Source: Chloroflexota bacterium
GTDB taxonomy: Bacteria > Chloroflexota > Dehalococcoidia > Lucifugimonadales > UBA3495
NCBI GenBank assembly: GCA_028875655.1
Contig: JAPPCX010000067.1
Span: forward strand, 10,019 to 74,018
Length of the DNA: 64,000 nucleotides
Direction of reading: 5' to 3'
Part shown: positions 27,033 through 35,806 of the stretch, piece after piece
How the letters are laid out: every line of letters starts with the position of its first letter
Numbering within the stretch: the first letter of the stretch is position 1
Notes under the pieces: model-generated
What the model saw: only the letters and a program-made list of their open reading frames with translations
The model's database searches: none
What the model was told of the DNA's origin: nothing
Translations under genes and position numbers: made by a program

Positions 27033-27060
27033 TTGACAGATCATAGTTAATGCATATAAT
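27033..27060 (+). promoter_or_regulatory. Consensus sigma-70-type promoter for small ORF 27106..27396
   Basis: TTGACA (27033-27038), 16-nt spacer, TATAAT (27055-27060). AAAGGAG RBS at ~27091, then ATG 27106. Confidence 0.6.
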
Positions 27061-27105
27061 TGTAATAACAAAGATTTGCAACACAGTACGAAAGGAGCCG
27101 ATCTG

Positions 27106-27396
27106 ATGACTATGACCTTGACCAGTGAACGCCAAGCCGATGCTACGGCTGTTGCAGCGATGCCCACTCCAGCCGTTCCGCCTGCCGGCCTGGACATCTC
27201 CCACATCCCGCCGACGCCGGATGATCTGTTCGCGCAGTGGAGGGCCTCCCGGCGGACCGCCTGGCGCGCTGCCGTGGCCGCCGTTTTGCTCTCAATCTGG
27301 GACGCGGTGACCGGGCCGCCGGCCACCGAGCAGGAGCGGCGGCGGCGCGAAGTCGCCGATGCCCGCGAATACTCGAAATATATGCTCCGCTGGTAG
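27106..27396 (+). CDS. Small conserved hypothetical protein, paralogue A
   Basis: MTMTLTSERQADATAVAAMPTPAVPPAGLDISHIPPTPDDLFAQWRA...LLSIWDAVTGPPATEQERRRREVADAREY. It is co-linear with 27600..27902. Confidence 0.6.
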   Translation: MTMTLTSERQADATAVAAMPTPAVPPAGLDISHIPPTPDDLFAQWRASRRTAWRAAVAAVLLSIWDAVTGPPATEQERRRREVADAREYSKYMLRW

Positions 27397-27522
27397 TTGC
27401 CTGCGCCGCAGCCACCATCCGTCGCACCGGGCCGCCGCATTGCTGCGGCGGCCCGCTTTGTCGGGGCAATACGGGCTGGTGCAATATCGCTATATTTGAT
27501 ATTGATTATACTAAAATATCTG

Positions 27523-27551
27523 TTGACGCAATACCAATCGAGGCATATCAT
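27523..27551 (+). promoter_or_regulatory. Sigma-70-type promoter for small ORF 27600..27902
   Basis: TTGACG (27523-27528), 17-nt spacer, TATCAT (27546-27551). AT-rich upstream tract, and AGGAGG RBS before ATG 27600. Confidence 0.5.
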
Positions 27552-27599
27552 TAATTCAGATAAACAGGGATTGACATTATCCGAACAGGAGGAAAAACG

Positions 27600-27902
27600 A
27601 TGGTCACTACACTGAACCGCGAAACCGAATCCGGCGCCGTTGTGGCCGCTCCGGTCGTTGAGCCCACCGCGGTCGCTCCCGCCTCCGCTCCGGTGGATAT
27701 CTCCACCGTCCCGGAAACCCCGGCCGAACTGCTTAAGCAGTGGAAGGCCCCCGCCCCCCGGCGTCCGCTGATCCACACCATCGTCTCGGCCACCCTGGTG
27801 CGCATCTGGGACGCGATCGCCGGTCCCGGCATGACCGAGCAGGATCGTATCCGCCGCGACATCGCTGAGCACGACGGCTACATTCGCGGCTCCCGCGTCT
27901 AA
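27600..27902 (+). CDS. Small conserved hypothetical protein, paralogue B
   Basis: MVTTLNRETESGAVVAAPVVEPTAVAPASAPVDISTVPETPAELLKQWKA...LVRIWDAIAGPGMTEQDRIRRDIAEHDGY. It has the same architecture as paralogue A. Confidence 0.6.
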   Translation: MVTTLNRETESGAVVAAPVVEPTAVAPASAPVDISTVPETPAELLKQWKAPAPRRPLIHTIVSATLVRIWDAIAGPGMTEQDRIRRDIAEHDGYIRGSRV

Positions 27903-28014
27903 GCGCCGCACACCGGACCTGATTGGCCCCCGCCAAAGCGCGGGGGCCTATTTTTGTCATCCCTTTCCCCGGTTACAATGTACGGAGCATCATACCATCC
28001 TACGGTGAATCGCC

Positions 28015-28995
28015 ATGCCACGCCCCAAAGCACTGGTCACCCGCACCCTCCTGCCTGACGCCCTGGACATCATCCGAGCGGTGGCCGACGTTGAGGTCTG
28101 GCCCGACGAAGCGCCGCCGTCCGCGTCCGAACTCCACGGACTCGCCGCCCACGCCGACGGCATCCTCACCACCATCATGGACCGGGTGGACGCCGCCCTG
28201 CTCGACGCCGCGCCCAACCTGCGCGTCATCAGCCAACTGGCCGTCGGCCTCGACAACGTGGACGTGGCCGAGGCCACCAGCCGGGGCATCCCAGTCGGCT
28301 ATACGCCGGGCGTCCTGTCAAAAGCCACCGCTGACCTGGCCTTCGCCCTGCTACTGGGAGCCGCTCGCCGCACTTCCGAAAGCGAGCGTTGGCTGCGCGG
28401 CGGCGGCTGGCAAATCCAGTTCCACCCGACACACTGGCTGGGGCAGGACGTTCACGAGGCTTGCCTCGGCATCGTGGGCCTGGGGCAGATCGGACGGGAG
28501 ATCGCCCGCCGCGCCCGCGGTTTCGACATGGATACCGTGTACCACTCCCGCACCCGGTATCCCGACGCCGAGGCCGAGTACGGCATCCGCTACGCGGAGT
28601 TCTCCGACCTGCTGGCCCAGGCCGATTTCGTGATGCTCAGCGTGCCCCTGACGCCGGAGACGCACCATCTCATCAGCGGCCCGCAGCTGGCCATGATGAA
28701 ACCGTCCGGCATACTCATCAACGTATCCCGCGGCCCCGTGGTGGATCCGGCGGCGCTCTACGAGGCCCTGCGCGACCGCCGGATCGCCCGCGCCGCCCTG
28801 GACGTAACCTCGCCCGAACCAATCGCGCCCGACGACCCGCTGCTGACGCTGGACAACCTGGTCATCACCCCGCACATCGGCAGCGCCGCCCTGCCCACCC
28901 GCCTCAACACCATGAAACTGGCCGCCCGCAACCTGGTGGCCGGCTTGCAGGGCGAGCCCATGGAGGCGTGCGCCAACCCGGAGGCGCTGGCATAG
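28015..28995 (+). CDS. D-isomer-specific 2-hydroxyacid dehydrogenase (glyoxylate/hydroxypyruvate reductase-like)
   Basis: LGIVGLGQIGREIARRARGFDM (NAD fold), ...LINVSRGPVVD...LDVTSPEP...ITPHIGSA (catalytic R/E/H triad context). Confidence 0.9.
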   Translation: MPRPKALVTRTLLPDALDIIRAVADVEVWPDEAPPSASELHGLAAHADGILTTIMDRVDAALLDAAPNLRVISQLAVGLDNVDVAEATSRGIPVGYTPGVLSKATADLAFALLLGAARRTSESERWLRGGGWQIQFHPTHWLGQDVHEACLGIVGLGQIGREIARRARGFDMDTVYHSRTRYPDAEAEYGIRYAEFSDLLAQADFVMLSVPLTPETHHLISGPQLAMMKPSGILINVSRGPVVDPAALYEALRDRRIARAALDVTSPEPIAPDDPLLTLDNLVITPHIGSAALPTRLNTMKLAARNLVAGLQGEPMEACANPEALA

Positions 28996-29070
28996 GCCGG
29001 GAAATTCCGGCAATGAAACACCCCGCTGGCTTTCACCGGCGGGGTTTTCAATCAGCGAGTTTGAGGCCGA

Positions 29071-29265
29071 CTAGCCCGGATTGTGCCGCTCCACGAAATC
29101 GACGATACGCGAGTCCAGGCCACCCTTCTGGTCGTCCAAGACGCCGGCGTCGGCGTAGGCCACCGCCAAGTGCGCGTCCCGTTGGATGTCTTCCCAGTCG
29201 GTCTCCAGCTCGAACTCGTCTCTCAGCTCTTCGAACAGCGCGTCCAGCGAATTCTTGTCGAACAT
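29071..29265 (-). CDS. Hypothetical small acidic protein
   Basis: MFDKNSLDALFEELRDEFELETDWEDIQRDAHLAVAYADAGVLDDQKGGLDSRIVDFVERHNPG has a coding-like composition. No family recognised. Confidence 0.35.
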   Translation of the reverse strand: MFDKNSLDALFEELRDEFELETDWEDIQRDAHLAVAYADAGVLDDQKGGLDSRIVDFVERHNPG

Positions 29266-29409
29266 ATCCGTTTGTTACCTCCTCCGGTTTGTCGGCAGCC
29301 TTGCGGTTCCCCTGCCACTGCCGGCGACAATAGCGCCGACCGCCGAAATCGCAGATCCCCTCGGAGCACTGGCGGCCAGCCAATAGCGACTATGGCAGCG
29401 CACGCTATC

Positions 29410-29706
29410 TTACTCCCTATCACCGCCGCCGGCAAGCATTTGCGAATCCTGTGCCGGCGCGGTTTCTGCGACGGCGCCCGACGACGCTCTGCCGCCCCGG
29501 GTATTCGCCCAGTACGCGACCACGATCAGTGCCGGTATGGCCAGTATGATGATGCCGATGATGATGACCACGGTCAGCTCGGTGAATCCCAGCGTGCCCA
29601 GCAGAATGTGGCTCAGGGCGGTCATGATCCACCCCAGCAGCGTTGGGTCCGCCTCCCCGTGGTGGAGGCCGGCCGCCAGAATGACACTGACAACGGTGTC
29701 TATCAT
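29410..29706 (-). CDS. Hypothetical small membrane protein
   Basis: Three hydrophobic stretches (MIDTVVSVILAAGL; LLGWIMTALSHILLGTLG; LTVVIIIGIIILAIPALIVVAYW). Confidence 0.4.
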   Translation of the reverse strand: MIDTVVSVILAAGLHHGEADPTLLGWIMTALSHILLGTLGFTELTVVIIIGIIILAIPALIVVAYWANTRGGRASSGAVAETAPAQDSQMLAGGGDRE

Positions 29707-29747
29707 GCTGCCACCGCTAACAAACCGGGCTTTTTCAGAGTTAATCC

Positions 29748-29822
29748 GTCATTCCTGTGAAAGCGGGAATCCAGCGCTGCGCCCAACAAAGACTTCTGGA
29801 TTCCCGCCTGCGCGGGAATGAC
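29748..29822. repeat. REP family 1, two inverted variant copies
   Basis: gtcattcctgtgaaagcgggaatcc ... ggattcccgcctgcgcgggaatgac. Confidence 0.8.
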
Positions 29823-29830
29823 GGTAGGGG

Positions 29831-31303
29831 TTAGTAGGCGCGTGGACCAGCTCCCGCCGTGGCCAGTTGCGGACCGCCGCCAGCCGGCAGGCTGTTGTAC
29901 CGCCCCGAATAGTGGTACTCGTTGATGCTGAAGGCCATGATTGTCGCCGGGATCAGCGTCAAGCCGGCGATAAAGAACGGCCAGAAGTAGCTCTCGTTGA
30001 ACCATACGTAGGCATAACCGGCGAACTGGATGCTGAAGAACGAACCGATCTGGTGCGCGAAGAACACCCACCCGCTGATGGTGCCCAGCGCCCGGAATCC
30101 GTACACGTCCGCCGTCAGCGTGGACGTCAACGGCACGCTGGCCACCCACGACATGCCCGACAGCAGCGCGAACAAGGTCAGCCCCAACATTCCATGACCA
30201 AACAGCGGCAGGAACACCAGGCACATGAACGCTACTCCGCGCGTGGCGTACACCACCGCCAGCACGTTCTTGCGACGGATCCGGTCCCCCAGGAATCCGG
30301 TGATGATGACGCCGGCCGCGTTCAGTCCCGTCATGATGCCGAAGATCAGGCCGGCAAATACCTTTTCGTCCCAAACGCCGCCCAGGAAATTAACCTGCGC
30401 CGGTAGCACGTCCTCGGCATACGGGATGAAGTGGATGCTGAGCAGCCCGGTGGTGATGCCGCACACCACGTAGGCGCCGGAGAGTTGCCACATCGGCGCC
30501 GTCTTGAAGCACTTGCGCCAGCTGTCCACCTCGTAGGCCCCCGTGGGCCTGGGCGCCGGCGCGGCGCCGGCCGGCGTGTCTTCGGGATTGGGGTCGCCGT
30601 CGGGGTTCAGGCCCATCTCCGCCGGGCTGGGCCTGAGGAAGAACACCGCCAGCGGGGCTGCGGCCACGACCACCACCATGCCCAGCAGGAACCACACCGT
30701 CCTCCAGCCCACCAACACCGAATCGCCCCACACGATGCCCGACGAGTCGATGACGCCCATCAGGTACGCGGCGAAGGGTATGGTCAGCAGGCCGCCGATG
30801 GATGTGCCGCACGACGCCAGCGCCGCGGCCTTGCTGCGCTTGCGCTGGAACCACCGCACCACCAGCGCCAGCATGTTCGTGATTGACGCCGCGCTGAGGC
30901 AGGTGTTGATTACGATGGAGAACACCGCGATGAACCACAACAGGTCCAGGGGAATTTGCACAAACCCCAGGTTCAGCGTTCCTTCCAGGTCGGTGATGAA
31001 CGCCAGGCTCATGATGGCCAGGCCCATAACCACCAGGCCGATTCCGAACACTTTGCGCGGGCCGTATTTATCGAACAGCGCGCCCATAATCGGCTGCATC
31101 GCCCCGTTGACCAGGAACCCGACCGAACCCACCCACGAGATGTCGGCGCGGTTCCAGCCGAAGGTCGGCTCCATCTCGGTTACGAACAGGCCGAATCCCT
31201 GCCGTCCCGGTATGGACAGGAACGCCACAAAAAAGCAGGTAGCGACGATGTACCAGCCAAAGTACAGCGAACCGCCCACTTGGGCTGCGGATTTGGTAGT
31301 CAT
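29831..31303 (-). CDS. MFS transporter (oxalate/formate antiporter-like), paralogue of 15459..16790
   Basis: YFGWYIVATCFFVAFLSIPGRQGFGLFVTEMEPTFGWNRADISWVGSVGFLVNGAMQPIMGALFDKYG, 12-TM pattern. Confidence 0.9.
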   Translation of the reverse strand: MTTKSAAQVGGSLYFGWYIVATCFFVAFLSIPGRQGFGLFVTEMEPTFGWNRADISWVGSVGFLVNGAMQPIMGALFDKYGPRKVFGIGLVVMGLAIMSLAFITDLEGTLNLGFVQIPLDLLWFIAVFSIVINTCLSAASITNMLALVVRWFQRKRSKAAALASCGTSIGGLLTIPFAAYLMGVIDSSGIVWGDSVLVGWRTVWFLLGMVVVVAAAPLAVFFLRPSPAEMGLNPDGDPNPEDTPAGAAPAPRPTGAYEVDSWRKCFKTAPMWQLSGAYVVCGITTGLLSIHFIPYAEDVLPAQVNFLGGVWDEKVFAGLIFGIMTGLNAAGVIITGFLGDRIRRKNVLAVVYATRGVAFMCLVFLPLFGHGMLGLTLFALLSGMSWVASVPLTSTLTADVYGFRALGTISGWVFFAHQIGSFFSIQFAGYAYVWFNESYFWPFFIAGLTLIPATIMAFSINEYHYSGRYNSLPAGGGPQLATAGAGPRAY

Positions 31304-31415
31304 AAGCCCCCTTGCTGCGCCGGTTCCGCATTAAATCGTCGGCAACCGCCGCGCATCATGCCATCATAGCAGGCCGCCACCCCAACCGCTACCGTCGATA
31401 TATCACCCCGGTTGC

Positions 31416-31421
31416 TATAAT
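31416..31421 (+). promoter_or_regulatory. Possible -10 box placed 9 nt before the modA ATG (near-leaderless transcript?)
   Basis: gttgcTATAATgcggcggttATG. No Shine-Dalgarno lies between them and no good -35 is seen. Confidence 0.3.
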
Positions 31422-31430
31422 GCGGCGGTT

Positions 31431-32270
31431 ATGATCGTTCGCTCCATTGTGGTTGCCGCCGCCGTCCTCGCGGCCATGCTGATTGCCCTGGCCTGCGCGC
31501 CGGCCGGCCGGAGTTCCGGCGACGCGGAAAGCACCCTGACGGTATTCGCGGCCGCGTCCCTGGCCGAGTCGTTCCAGGCCCTGGCCGCCGCTTTTGAGGA
31601 CGACCATCCCGGCGTCAGGGTCGCGTTCAACTTCGCCGGCAGCCAGACCCTCCGCACACAGCTGGAACACGGTGCGGAGGCCGACGTGTTCGCCTCCGCC
31701 AATTGGCAGCACATGGCGCAGGTCAAGGAGTCCGGCCTGCTGGGCAACGTGCCCGAGTATTTCGCGGCCAACCGCCTGGCCGTCGTGGCGCCTGCGGATT
31801 CCGACGCGGTGCAGAGTCTGACCGACCTCGCCCGTCCCGGCGTCAGCATCGCCATCGCCGCCGAGGAAGTGCCGGCCGGCGCCTATACCCGCGAGTCCCT
31901 GGCCCTCCTGGGAACCTCCGACGCTTTCCCCGGCGACTACGCATCCGTCGTGCTGTCCAACGTGGTGACCAACGAGACCAGCGTGCGCGGGGTGGCGCAG
32001 AAAGTAGCCTTGGGCGAGGTGGACGCCGGCATCGTGTACGAGACCGACGCGCTGGCGGCGCAGTACGCCGGCGCCATCCGCACGCTGGAGATCCCGTTGC
32101 AGTTCAATCCGGCGGCCCAATACCCCATCGCCGCGTTGTCCAGCACCGACGAGCTTGAAACCGCTTTGGAGTTCATCAAGTTCGTCCAGGGCGATTCCGG
32201 CCAGGCCATCCTGCGCGATCACGGGTTCGTCCCGCCGGCCAATATCACCTGCCCGTGCCACGCCGGATGA
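31431..32270 (+). CDS. modA: Molybdate ABC transporter substrate-binding lipoprotein
   Basis: Lipobox LIALAC. TVFAAASLAESFQALAAAFEDDHPGVRVAFNFAGSQTLRTQLEHGAEADVFASAN...GEVDAGIVYETD. Confidence 0.9.
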   Translation: MIVRSIVVAAAVLAAMLIALACAPAGRSSGDAESTLTVFAAASLAESFQALAAAFEDDHPGVRVAFNFAGSQTLRTQLEHGAEADVFASANWQHMAQVKESGLLGNVPEYFAANRLAVVAPADSDAVQSLTDLARPGVSIAIAAEEVPAGAYTRESLALLGTSDAFPGDYASVVLSNVVTNETSVRGVAQKVALGEVDAGIVYETDALAAQYAGAIRTLEIPLQFNPAAQYPIAALSSTDELETALEFIKFVQGDSGQAILRDHGFVPPANITCPCHAG

Positions 32271-32285
32271 ATCCCCGGACAACGA

Positions 32286-32311
32286 GATTGCCACGCTGCG
32301 CTCGCAATGAC
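32286..32311. repeat. REP family 2 copy (gtcattgcgagcgcagcgtggcaatc unit, here reverse-complemented)
   Basis: gattgccacgctgcgctcgcaatgac. Other copies lie at 40956..41046 (inverted pair) and 55387..55412. Confidence 0.8.
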
Positions 32312-32333
32312 ACGTTGTGCGAAGTAGGTACAC

Positions 32334-33179
32334 ATGAGGATGATGTTCCTATCTGCGGGCAATGGTAATCGTGGCGCGGCGCTGGGCGCGCTGGCCCCGG
32401 CCGGCGTCGCGGCCACCGTCATCTACGTGCTGTTCATCGGGCTGCCTATCCTGGCGCTGCTGGTGCGGGCCGGCCAGGAGGAGGGATTCCTGGCCGGGCT
32501 GACCGGCCCCCTGGTGCTGCAAGCCCTGCGCCTCACGGTGGTCACCAGCGTCATCAGCCTGGTCATCGTGGTGGTGGTCGGCACGCCTTTCGCCCTGCTG
32601 CTGGCCCGGCAGGGGTCGACCAGCCGGCTGCTGCGCGTCATCGACACGTTTGTGGAGTTGCCAATCGTGCTGCCGCCGATCGTGGCCGGCGTCGCCATGC
32701 TGATGGCCTTCGGGCGCAACGGCCTGCTGGGACCAGCCCTGGCGTCCGTGGGTGTCGCGATCCCGTTCACCACCGTGGCCGTCATATTCGCCCAGATTTT
32801 CGTGGCCGCGCCCTTTTACATCCGGGCCGCTCGCATCGGGTTCACCGGCGTTGACCCGGCGTATGAAGAAGTTTCGCAGACCCTGGGGGTCTCGCCCTGG
32901 CAGACTTTCTGGCGGTTGACCCTGCCCATGGCGCGGCCGTCCCTGCTGACGGGGGCGACGCTGGCCTGGGCCCGGGCGGTGTCCGAGTTTGGCGCAACCA
33001 TCATGTTCGCTGGCAACCTCACCGGACGCACTCAGACCATGCCGCTGGCGATAATGACCACCATGGAATCCAGCCTGGGTGCCGCGCTGGCGTTGGCCAT
33101 CCTCATGCTGGCGATTTCGGCCCTGTCCCTGGCCCTGCTGAGCTTCCTGCTCCGGCGGCGAGCGAAGGCATCGCCATGA
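32334..33179 (+). CDS. modB: Molybdate ABC transporter permease
   Basis: ...FIGLPILALL...LTVVTSVISLVIVVVVGTPFA...EEVSQTLGVSPWQTFWRLTLPMARPSLLTGATLAWARAVSEFGATIMFAGN (EAA loop). The start is uncertain. Confidence 0.9.
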   Translation: MRMMFLSAGNGNRGAALGALAPAGVAATVIYVLFIGLPILALLVRAGQEEGFLAGLTGPLVLQALRLTVVTSVISLVIVVVVGTPFALLLARQGSTSRLLRVIDTFVELPIVLPPIVAGVAMLMAFGRNGLLGPALASVGVAIPFTTVAVIFAQIFVAAPFYIRAARIGFTGVDPAYEEVSQTLGVSPWQTFWRLTLPMARPSLLTGATLAWARAVSEFGATIMFAGNLTGRTQTMPLAIMTTMESSLGAALALAILMLAISALSLALLSFLLRRRAKASP

Positions 33180-34279
33180 ACGACGCGGCGGTTAAGGGCC
33201 AATTCAGCGTCAGCGTCGGCGGCTTCGCCGTCAAGCTCGCTTTCTCAGTGGAGGCCGGCAGGGTGCTGGTGCTGTTCGGCCCGTCCGGGGCCGGCAAGAC
33301 CACGGCACTGCGAACCATCGCCGGCCTGGCGCGGCCCGAATCCGGTCGCATCGTCATCGCCGGCCGCACCGTGTTCGCTGACAACGACGGCGAACCGCCC
33401 TGCTGGGAGCCGCCCCATCGTCGCGGCGTTGGCTACGTTACCCAGCAGAACCACCTGTTTCCGCACCTTACGGTGGCGGAGAACATCGCCTACGGCTTGC
33501 CCGACCGGCGTAGCGACTCCGCCCACCGGCGGGTGTCCCACCTGATAGACCGCCTGCACCTGGCCAGCTTGGAGGACCGGCGGGTCTCGCAACTCTCCGG
33601 CGGGCAGCAGCAGCGCACGGCATTGGCCCGCGCGCTGGCCCCGTCGCCGGACCTGCTGCTGCTGGACGAGCCATTCAGCTCGCTGGACATGGAACTGCGC
33701 CGCGCGCTGGGAGTCGAGTTGCGCTCCGCCATCCGGGAGCTCAACGTCCCGGTCATCATGGTAACGCACAGCCGGGAGGAAGCCCTGGCTCTGGGCGACA
33801 CGGTGCAAATCTTGGAGGCCGGCCGGGTTGTCGCGGAAGGGCCTCCACTGCATGTGCTGGAGCAGCCGGGCCAGGGCCAGGTCGCCCGGCTTGTGGGCGT
33901 GGAGAACCTGCTCCGGATGCGGGTCGCCGCCCGTCTGCCCCAGGACGGCACCATGGTGTGCCAGGCCGGCGAACGAGCGCTGGAAACGCCGCTGGCCGAT
34001 GGCTGCGCCGTCGGGGATGCCGTCACCGTGGGCATCCGCGCCTCCGACATCATCCTTGCCGCCGGCCCACTGCCCCAGTCGTCGGCCCGCAACACCTGGG
34101 CCGGCGTGGTGTCCGCCGTCGAGCTGCGTCCGCCCGGTTACGAAGTGGCGCTGGACTGCGCCGGAACCATCCTGCGCTGCCACATCACCGGCGCGTCGCT
34201 GGACGCCATGGGCATCACCGCCGGGCAGCCACTGTGGGCCATTTTCAAGGCGTCGTCGTGTTTCCTGCTGAGCGAATGA
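33176..34279 (+). CDS. modC: Molybdate ABC transporter ATP-binding protein with a C-terminal TOBE-like domain
   Basis: Walker A GPSGAGKTT, signature LSGGQQQRTALARAL, Walker B LLLLDEPFSSLD, H-loop VTHSREEA. Confidence 0.9.
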   Translation: MNDAAVKGQFSVSVGGFAVKLAFSVEAGRVLVLFGPSGAGKTTALRTIAGLARPESGRIVIAGRTVFADNDGEPPCWEPPHRRGVGYVTQQNHLFPHLTVAENIAYGLPDRRSDSAHRRVSHLIDRLHLASLEDRRVSQLSGGQQQRTALARALAPSPDLLLLDEPFSSLDMELRRALGVELRSAIRELNVPVIMVTHSREEALALGDTVQILEAGRVVAEGPPLHVLEQPGQGQVARLVGVENLLRMRVAARLPQDGTMVCQAGERALETPLADGCAVGDAVTVGIRASDIILAAGPLPQSSARNTWAGVVSAVELRPPGYEVALDCAGTILRCHITGASLDAMGITAGQPLWAIFKASSCFLLSE

Positions 34280-34394
34280 GGGGCCGGTCTTTTTGCATGG
34301 ATGGACAGGATAGACAAGATGATATGCAGGGTTAGGATATAATTGCCCAGGATTTTCAGTTGGCTGCATCAGGCGTAAGGAGGCAGGCTCAGGA

Positions 34395-35057
34395 ATGGCC
34401 GGATATAAGGGGATTTTATTCGACATGGACGGCGTGCTGGTGGACAGCGAGCCACTGTTCCACAAGGCGGTCAACGTCATGGTTGAGCGCTGCGGCGCCG
34501 CCCCCATAACCGAGGAAGAAAACAACCGCTACCTGCTGGGCACCACTGTTGAGGAGACCTGGATTCGGGTCAAGGAACTGCGTGACGTGCCGCAAACGCC
34601 GGCGGAACTGCTGGCCGGCTACAACGAGGTGGTGAAAGAGGTGCTGCGGTCCGACCTGACCGCTCGCCCCGGCGTGCGCGCTCTGATCGCCGAGGCGCAA
34701 CGACGCGGCCTGCCCGTCGCCGTCGCCTCGTCATCGCTCCGTGAGTGGGTGGACCTGAAGCTGTCCGTGATCGGGTTGACCGACGCTTTTCCCGTCCGCC
34801 TGGGCGGCGATGACATCGAGAACGGCAAACCGGCGCCCGACATCTACATCAAGGCAGCCCGCCTCATCGGCCTGGAAGCCACCGAGTGCATCGCCATCGA
34901 GGATTCGCCCATCGGACTCGCCGCGGCCTCCGCATCCGGCGCCTACACCGTCTGCACCCTCACCGACTCAACTCGCCACCTGGACCTGTCGGCCGCCGAC
35001 GTGATCCTTGAAAACCTGGAGGAATTCGACTACGGACTGCTGGCGGAAGGCCCCTAA
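34395..35057 (+). CDS. HAD-superfamily hydrolase (beta-phosphoglucomutase-like subfamily IA)
   Basis: ILFDMDGVLVDSE (motif I), VAVASSS (II), K...GLEATECIAIEDSPIGLAAASASG (III/IV). Confidence 0.85.
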   Translation: MAGYKGILFDMDGVLVDSEPLFHKAVNVMVERCGAAPITEEENNRYLLGTTVEETWIRVKELRDVPQTPAELLAGYNEVVKEVLRSDLTARPGVRALIAEAQRRGLPVAVASSSLREWVDLKLSVIGLTDAFPVRLGGDDIENGKPAPDIYIKAARLIGLEATECIAIEDSPIGLAAASASGAYTVCTLTDSTRHLDLSAADVILENLEEFDYGLLAEGP

Positions 35058-35788
35058 CCCCGTCGCCTACGTCTCAGCCCTGGTATTCCGGGGAAAACCC
35101 CCTCCTGCAACACCCATTGCAGCCGCTGCATCAGCGCCCGCCCCTCCTCGGCGTCCAGCAGCGTCAGCAGTTCCGCCACGTCGCCGGTGGGCGCGAGCAG
35201 TTGGCCGCAGAGCCGGCGCAGGGGTTCCAGCAAGCGGTCGGGTATGGGTTCCTCGCCGAAGTCCCAGATCACCGTGCGGATCTTGGTATCGGCGTGGAAC
35301 GTCAGCCCCTGGTCGATGCCCCACAGCTTGCCGTCATATCCCCGAAGCACGTGGTTCGCCTTACGGTCGGTGTTGTTGGCCACCAGGTCGAAGCAGCACA
35401 TCATCCTGAGCTGGTCGGCGTCGGATTCGTCCAGGCTGTCCCTGGAGATCGTGTAATAGTTTTCCTTGGGGTCGTGGTCAACGAAAAGCTGGGCCGAACC
35501 AATGCCATGGGGGCCGTCGCGGATCACGGTCAGGGGGATGAAGTCCCAGCCCAGTATCCGGCTCAGCAGGTACGCCGCGCATTCCCGTTTGAAAAGCGTC
35601 CCGCTGGGAAAGTCCCAGAGCGGAATCTCGCCCTTGCGGGGTTTGTAGATTGCGTGACCGTTGCGCCCGTCCAGTTCCAGCTCAGCCAGGAACGTGTAGT
35701 TGGAACCGTGGGGCGTCAGCTCCCAACTGAGGAACTCGCCGCGGGACAACAGGTCAAGGTCGGAAGGTTCGGCTTCAGACACGAGCAA
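35054..35788 (-). CDS. SCO1664-family protein (PI3/4-kinase-like fold, conserved partner of DUF3090)
   Basis: LSRGEFLSWELTPHGSNYTFLAELELDGRNGHAIYKPRKGEIPLWDFPSGTLFKRECAAYLLSRILGWDFIPLTVIRDGPHGIGSAQLFV...NNTDRKANHVL. It is adjacent to the DUF3090 gene. Confidence 0.7.
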   Translation of the reverse strand: MLVSEAEPSDLDLLSRGEFLSWELTPHGSNYTFLAELELDGRNGHAIYKPRKGEIPLWDFPSGTLFKRECAAYLLSRILGWDFIPLTVIRDGPHGIGSAQLFVDHDPKENYYTISRDSLDESDADQLRMMCCFDLVANNTDRKANHVLRGYDGKLWGIDQGLTFHADTKIRTVIWDFGEEPIPDRLLEPLRRLCGQLLAPTGDVAELLTLLDAEEGRALMQRLQWVLQEGVFPGIPGLRRRRRG

Positions 35789-35806
35789 ACTATGCCGGCG
35801 TTCCGG

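Noticed and set aside
28351-29333. ORFs 28351..29013 (-) and 28389..29333 (+, 314 aa, Arg/Pro-rich)
   Set aside because: They are the antisense and an alternate frame of the 2-hydroxyacid dehydrogenase and the downstream spacer. Composition is extreme and no motifs are seen.
31304-31430. Molybdenum-cofactor riboswitch upstream of modA
   Set aside because: The spacer is short, and I could not recognise the conserved Moco-motif helices or loops by eye. It would need a covariance-model scan.
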